Source: a virus
Taxonomy: Duplodnaviria > Caudoviricetes
Direction: 5' to 3' (one strand)
DNA: 64,000 nucleotides
Virus record (IMG/VR): IMGVR_UViG_2856153290_000001
Location: 8,663-72,662 of that record
In this document: piece by piece, positions 61,231-64,000 of the stretch
Numbering within the stretch: position 1 is the first letter of the stretch
Layout of the letters: each line of letters begins with the position of its first letter
The notes under the pieces: generated by a model
What the model was told of the DNA's origin: nothing
Databases searched by the model: none
What the model saw: only the letters and a program-made list of their open reading frames with translations
Program-made: the position numbers and the translations under genes

Positions 61231-62286
61231 ATGGCGGACAGCATTCTGGCGGTACCGGGCCAGGCGGCCGGCGAATTCAAGCTGATGGGCAAGATCCGGA
61301 CGGCTGACGAGGTGCGCCTGGACGTGCCCGAGGGCATCCTGAACATCGGCGGCAACGGCAAGGGGTTTATCCTGCAGCCGCGCATCGACTGGGACCCGAC
61401 CGCCCCGGCCAACCAGGACGGCAGCCTGGACAACCTGGCGCTGGGCGATGACGTCTATCTGTATGCCGTGCAACAGGCCAATGGCCGCGCGCACCTGGTG
61501 GCGAGCAAGAACATCACGGTACCGGATGGGTACGGGCCGGACGAGTCGCGACGCATTGGTGGCTTCCACTACGGGCGCTGGCGGCCGCTGTCCGAGCGCT
61601 ACAATGCTGCCTACGATCCCTCGGTGATCGTCATGCCGACCAGCGTCTGGGACCTGAAGCATCGGCCGAAGTGTGACCCATCGGGAATGGTGGAGTTCAT
61701 GCCGGGCTGGTGGGTAGATATCTACCTGGCGTCCGAAGATGGCGCCCCCTGGCCCGAGACCGTGCCGCTGTCGCGCTACAACGCCACGCCACTGACCGGT
61801 ACCGAGGGCTATTCGCGCTATCTCGACTATCCAACCCTGCTCGCCAATGCCGGCAAGCGAGTGCCGACGCTGGACCAGTTCTATGTCTACGCCGACGGCG
61901 CTCCGCAGGGCAACGACGGCAACAACGACACAGCGTGGAGCGCCACCACCAACAGCGGCCGCACAGCCACCGGTACCGTCGCCAAGGCAGTGAGCTGTGC
62001 CGGTGTCGTCGATGCCGCTGGCAACGTCTGGGAGATGCTGCAGGACCACTACGACGTGGGCTCCACGTCCAGTGCCGATTACAACTATGACCGCACCATC
62101 GTCGAGAACGGCAAGGATGCTGGGCACAACCGTGGCGAGATCTACCATCGCCACTGGCGTATGTGGATCGCCGGCGGTCCATGGGGCAACGGCGTCCGGT
62201 GTGGGTCGCGTTGTGCGAGCGCGAACACCGTTCCCTGGACTGTGATTAGCGCTACGGGGCTGCGCGGTGTCTGTGACTCCCTATGA
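61231..62286 (+). CDS. DGR target: Mtd-like receptor-binding protein with C-terminal CLec/FGE-type fold
   Basis: RRIGGFHY, SVWDLKHRP, WVDIYL and DAAGNVWE. The VR occupies the 3' end (GG.W...GSR...GLRGVCD). Confidence 0.92.
   Translation: MADSILAVPGQAAGEFKLMGKIRTADEVRLDVPEGILNIGGNGKGFILQPRIDWDPTAPANQDGSLDNLALGDDVYLYAVQQANGRAHLVASKNITVPDGYGPDESRRIGGFHYGRWRPLSERYNAAYDPSVIVMPTSVWDLKHRPKCDPSGMVEFMPGWWVDIYLASEDGAPWPETVPLSRYNATPLTGTEGYSRYLDYPTLLANAGKRVPTLDQFYVYADGAPQGNDGNNDTAWSATTNSGRTATGTVAKAVSCAGVVDAAGNVWEMLQDHYDVGSTSSADYNYDRTIVENGKDAGHNRGEIYHRHWRMWIAGGPWGNGVRCGSRCASANTVPWTVISATGLRGVCDSL
62148..62277 (+). repeat. DGR variable repeat (VR)
   Basis: 130-bp ungapped match to 62667-62796 with 10 mismatches, all opposite TR adenines. 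Confidence 0.97.
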
Positions 62287-62642
62287 CCATGAGCCCTGAA
62301 GGTGCCCCGCGGCAGCGGGGCCTTGTCCTACTCAATAAGGCCGAGAAACTGATCATTGACCTGGCGCCGACCATCGACAAGGTGCCCAAGCATCAGCGGT
62401 ACCGCTATGCGGCGCGGCTCGAAGATGCGCTGTGGGACCTGGTGGCCCGGATCATTGAGGCGGTTGCCAGCGGCCAGAAAAGCAAGATCTACCGCATCGA
62501 GGAGCAGCTGCGATTCATTCACTCCCTGTTGCGGCATGGGGCCGAGCGCAAGCTGGTCCGGCCCGCCAGGGTCGGCGAGGCGGCGCAGCAGCTCCGGGAG
62601 ATTGGCGCCATGATCGGCGCCTGGCGTAAACGGCTGCAGTAG
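62283..62642 (+). CDS. avd: DGR accessory variability determinant (four-helix bundle)
   Basis: Basic 119 aa, PKHQRY..AARLE and EIGAMIGAW. Between VR and TR. Confidence 0.92.
   Translation: MTMSPEGAPRQRGLVLLNKAEKLIIDLAPTIDKVPKHQRYRYAARLEDALWDLVARIIEAVASGQKSKIYRIEEQLRFIHSLLRHGAERKLVRPARVGEAAQQLREIGAMIGAWRKRLQ
62304..62321 (+). promoter_or_regulatory. DGR homing hairpin/cruciform
   Basis: GCCCCGC-GGCA-GCGGGGC, a 7-bp GC stem with a GRNA loop, 26 nt after the VR. Confidence 0.8.
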
Positions 62643-62666
62643 CGGCTTTGAAGGGTGGTGTGGGCT

Positions 62667-62796
62667 TCGCCACTGGCGTATGTGGATCGCCGGCGGTCAA
62701 TGGGACAACGGCGTCCGGTGTGGGTCGCGTTGTGCGAACGCGAACAACAATCCCTGGAATGTGAATAGCAATACGGGGCTGCGCGGTGTCTGTGAC
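62667..62796 (+). ncRNA. DGR template repeat (TR)
   Basis: Intergenic A-rich copy of the VR with eight AAC/AAT codons. Confidence 0.96.
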
Positions 62797-62971
62797 CACC
62801 AGTTAACAGAGAGGGCGGCGATGACCTCGCCGTCACCTGGATTCCCTGATAGGGGGTCAGCCATACCATCCTGGTCCCGCCATGCGGGCCGAATACGACA
62901 GACCGGGCGGCGTGAGTAGCGAAAGCGAAAGCCCCGCCCGGTCGCATTTCAAACACCCGAATGGAGGCAGT

Positions 62972-64000
62972 GTGGGGAAGCGGCATAAGCGCCTGATCGA
63001 GGCGATAGTGGACTGGGATAACTTGCAGGAAGCGCACCGCCTGGCGAGGCGCGGCAAGCGGGATCGGCATGAGGTGGCCACCTTCGAGGCCAATCTGTGG
63101 GAGGAGTTGGGTGCGTTGCAAATGGAGATGCTGTGGGGCAGCTACCAGCCCGGCCGGTACCGCAGCTTTCTGGTCTATGAGCCGAAACGGAGGGAGATCC
63201 TGGCGGCACCCTATCGCGACCGAGTTGCCCAGCACGCCATATGCACCCTGTGCGGCCCGATCTGGGACGCCGCCATGATCGACGACTCCTACGCCTGCCG
63301 GCCGGGCAAGGGGACGCATGTCGGCGCCACGCGCGTGGAGCAGTGGCTGCGTGGCATGACCGCTGCTGGCGGCGCCGTGTGGGTGGTCAAGATGGACGTC
63401 AGCAAGTATTTCGCCAGCATCCGCCACGACCTGGCCAAGGCGGTGGTGCGCGACAAGATCAGCTGCCCGGCAACGCTGCAGTTGATCGACGCCATCATCG
63501 ACAGCACCGCCGATCCGGCCGATCCTGACCCGGTGGGCATTCCGGTCGGCAACCTGCTGAGCCAGTGGATCGCCAACCTTGTCGGCAACCGCATCGACCA
63601 GTGGGCCAAGCGGGAGTTGCGGCTGAAGCGCTACGCCAGGTACATGGACGATATGGTGGTGCTCGTGCGCACCAAGCAGGAGGCGCTGACGATCCGCGAC
63701 CAGTTCGACGACAAGCTCGCCTCGATGGGCATGAGGTTCAGCAAGGCCTCGGTGCTGCCGGCGTCGCGTGGCGTCAACTTCCTCGGCTACCGCATCTGGG
63801 CTCACAAGCGGCTGCTGAGGCGCGATTCGGTGCGCCGGATCAAGCGCAACCTGAAGGCGATGCGCTGGCAGTACCAGCACGGCAAAACCGACCTCTTCAC
63901 CATCCAGCAGCGCATCCGCTCGTGGATCGCCCACGCCGATCACGCCAACGCCGAGAACCTCAAGCGGAAGGTGCTGGGCAGCGTGAAGTTCAAGCGGTAG
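62972..64000 (+). CDS. DGR reverse transcriptase
   Basis: GGAGG plus GTG start MGKRHKRLI (like BPP-1 Brt MGKRH), RDRVAQHA, KMDVSKYF, GIPVGNLLSQ, RYMDD, FLGY. Stop TAG at 63998-64000. Confidence 0.97.
   Translation: MGKRHKRLIEAIVDWDNLQEAHRLARRGKRDRHEVATFEANLWEELGALQMEMLWGSYQPGRYRSFLVYEPKRREILAAPYRDRVAQHAICTLCGPIWDAAMIDDSYACRPGKGTHVGATRVEQWLRGMTAAGGAVWVVKMDVSKYFASIRHDLAKAVVRDKISCPATLQLIDAIIDSTADPADPDPVGIPVGNLLSQWIANLVGNRIDQWAKRELRLKRYARYMDDMVVLVRTKQEALTIRDQFDDKLASMGMRFSKASVLPASRGVNFLGYRIWAHKRLLRRDSVRRIKRNLKAMRWQYQHGKTDLFTIQQRIRSWIAHADHANAENLKRKVLGSVKFKR

Larger units (their letters stand above)
61231..64000 (+). mobile_element. Complete diversity-generating retroelement cassette
   Basis: Order is target/VR, hairpin, avd, TR, spacer, RT, as in Bordetella phage BPP-1. 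Confidence 0.95.

Noticed and set aside
62680-62919. 79-aa ORF over the TR
   Set aside because: It is the TR read in the VR frame, open because the TR mirrors coding sequence. No RBS is present and it is expected to act as RNA.
62901-62943. Hammerhead ribozyme in the spacer (TGAGTA...GAAA)
   Set aside because: The core reads GUGAGUA rather than CUGANGA, and no third stem with an NUH cleavage site is evident. A loop-E-type motif fits better.
62972-64000. RT as a retron, group II intron or Abi RT
   Set aside because: It has the DGR-type GNLLSQ motif, no maturase/endonuclease extension or VTG retron motif, and avd plus a TR/VR pair are adjacent.

Overview
The whole window is part of one GC-rich temperate myophage or prophage. 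Its acidic proteins suggest a halophilic gammaproteobacterial host such as Halomonas, which is an inference. Positions 1-19.4 kb form a lambdoid early region. It carries a C5 DNA methyltransferase (cut by the window edge), DUF5131, SSB, RecT and YqaJ-like recombination genes, PL/PR promoters with TGCA-N4-TGCA operators, cI/cro, a KilA-N/ANT antirepressor, an O-like initiator with iterons, NinB and a RuvC-like resolvase. A low-GC two-gene cargo sits where lambda has rexAB. Positions 20-61 kb are a nearly complete P1-like (Punavirus-like) morphogenesis set in rearranged order, including a virion-borne Dar antirestriction cluster (Hdf, a multi-domain DarA fusion, DarB, Ulx). Positions 61.2-64 kb are a complete diversity-generating retroelement: Mtd-like target with VR, hairpin, avd, TR, structured spacer and RT. 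All 10 VR/TR mismatches fall on TR adenines. Signals outside standard annotation include a late-promoter motif with exact spacing (GGAAAA-N29-YAnnnT, 7 copies), a GAAA(A)CC repeat cluster inside terS (candidate pac site), and recurring [LFM]-D-S-[AV] motifs suggesting an Asp-specific head maturation protease. Homology calls come from recalled motifs and sequences, not database searches. No integrase, att site or plasmid partition genes are visible in the window.
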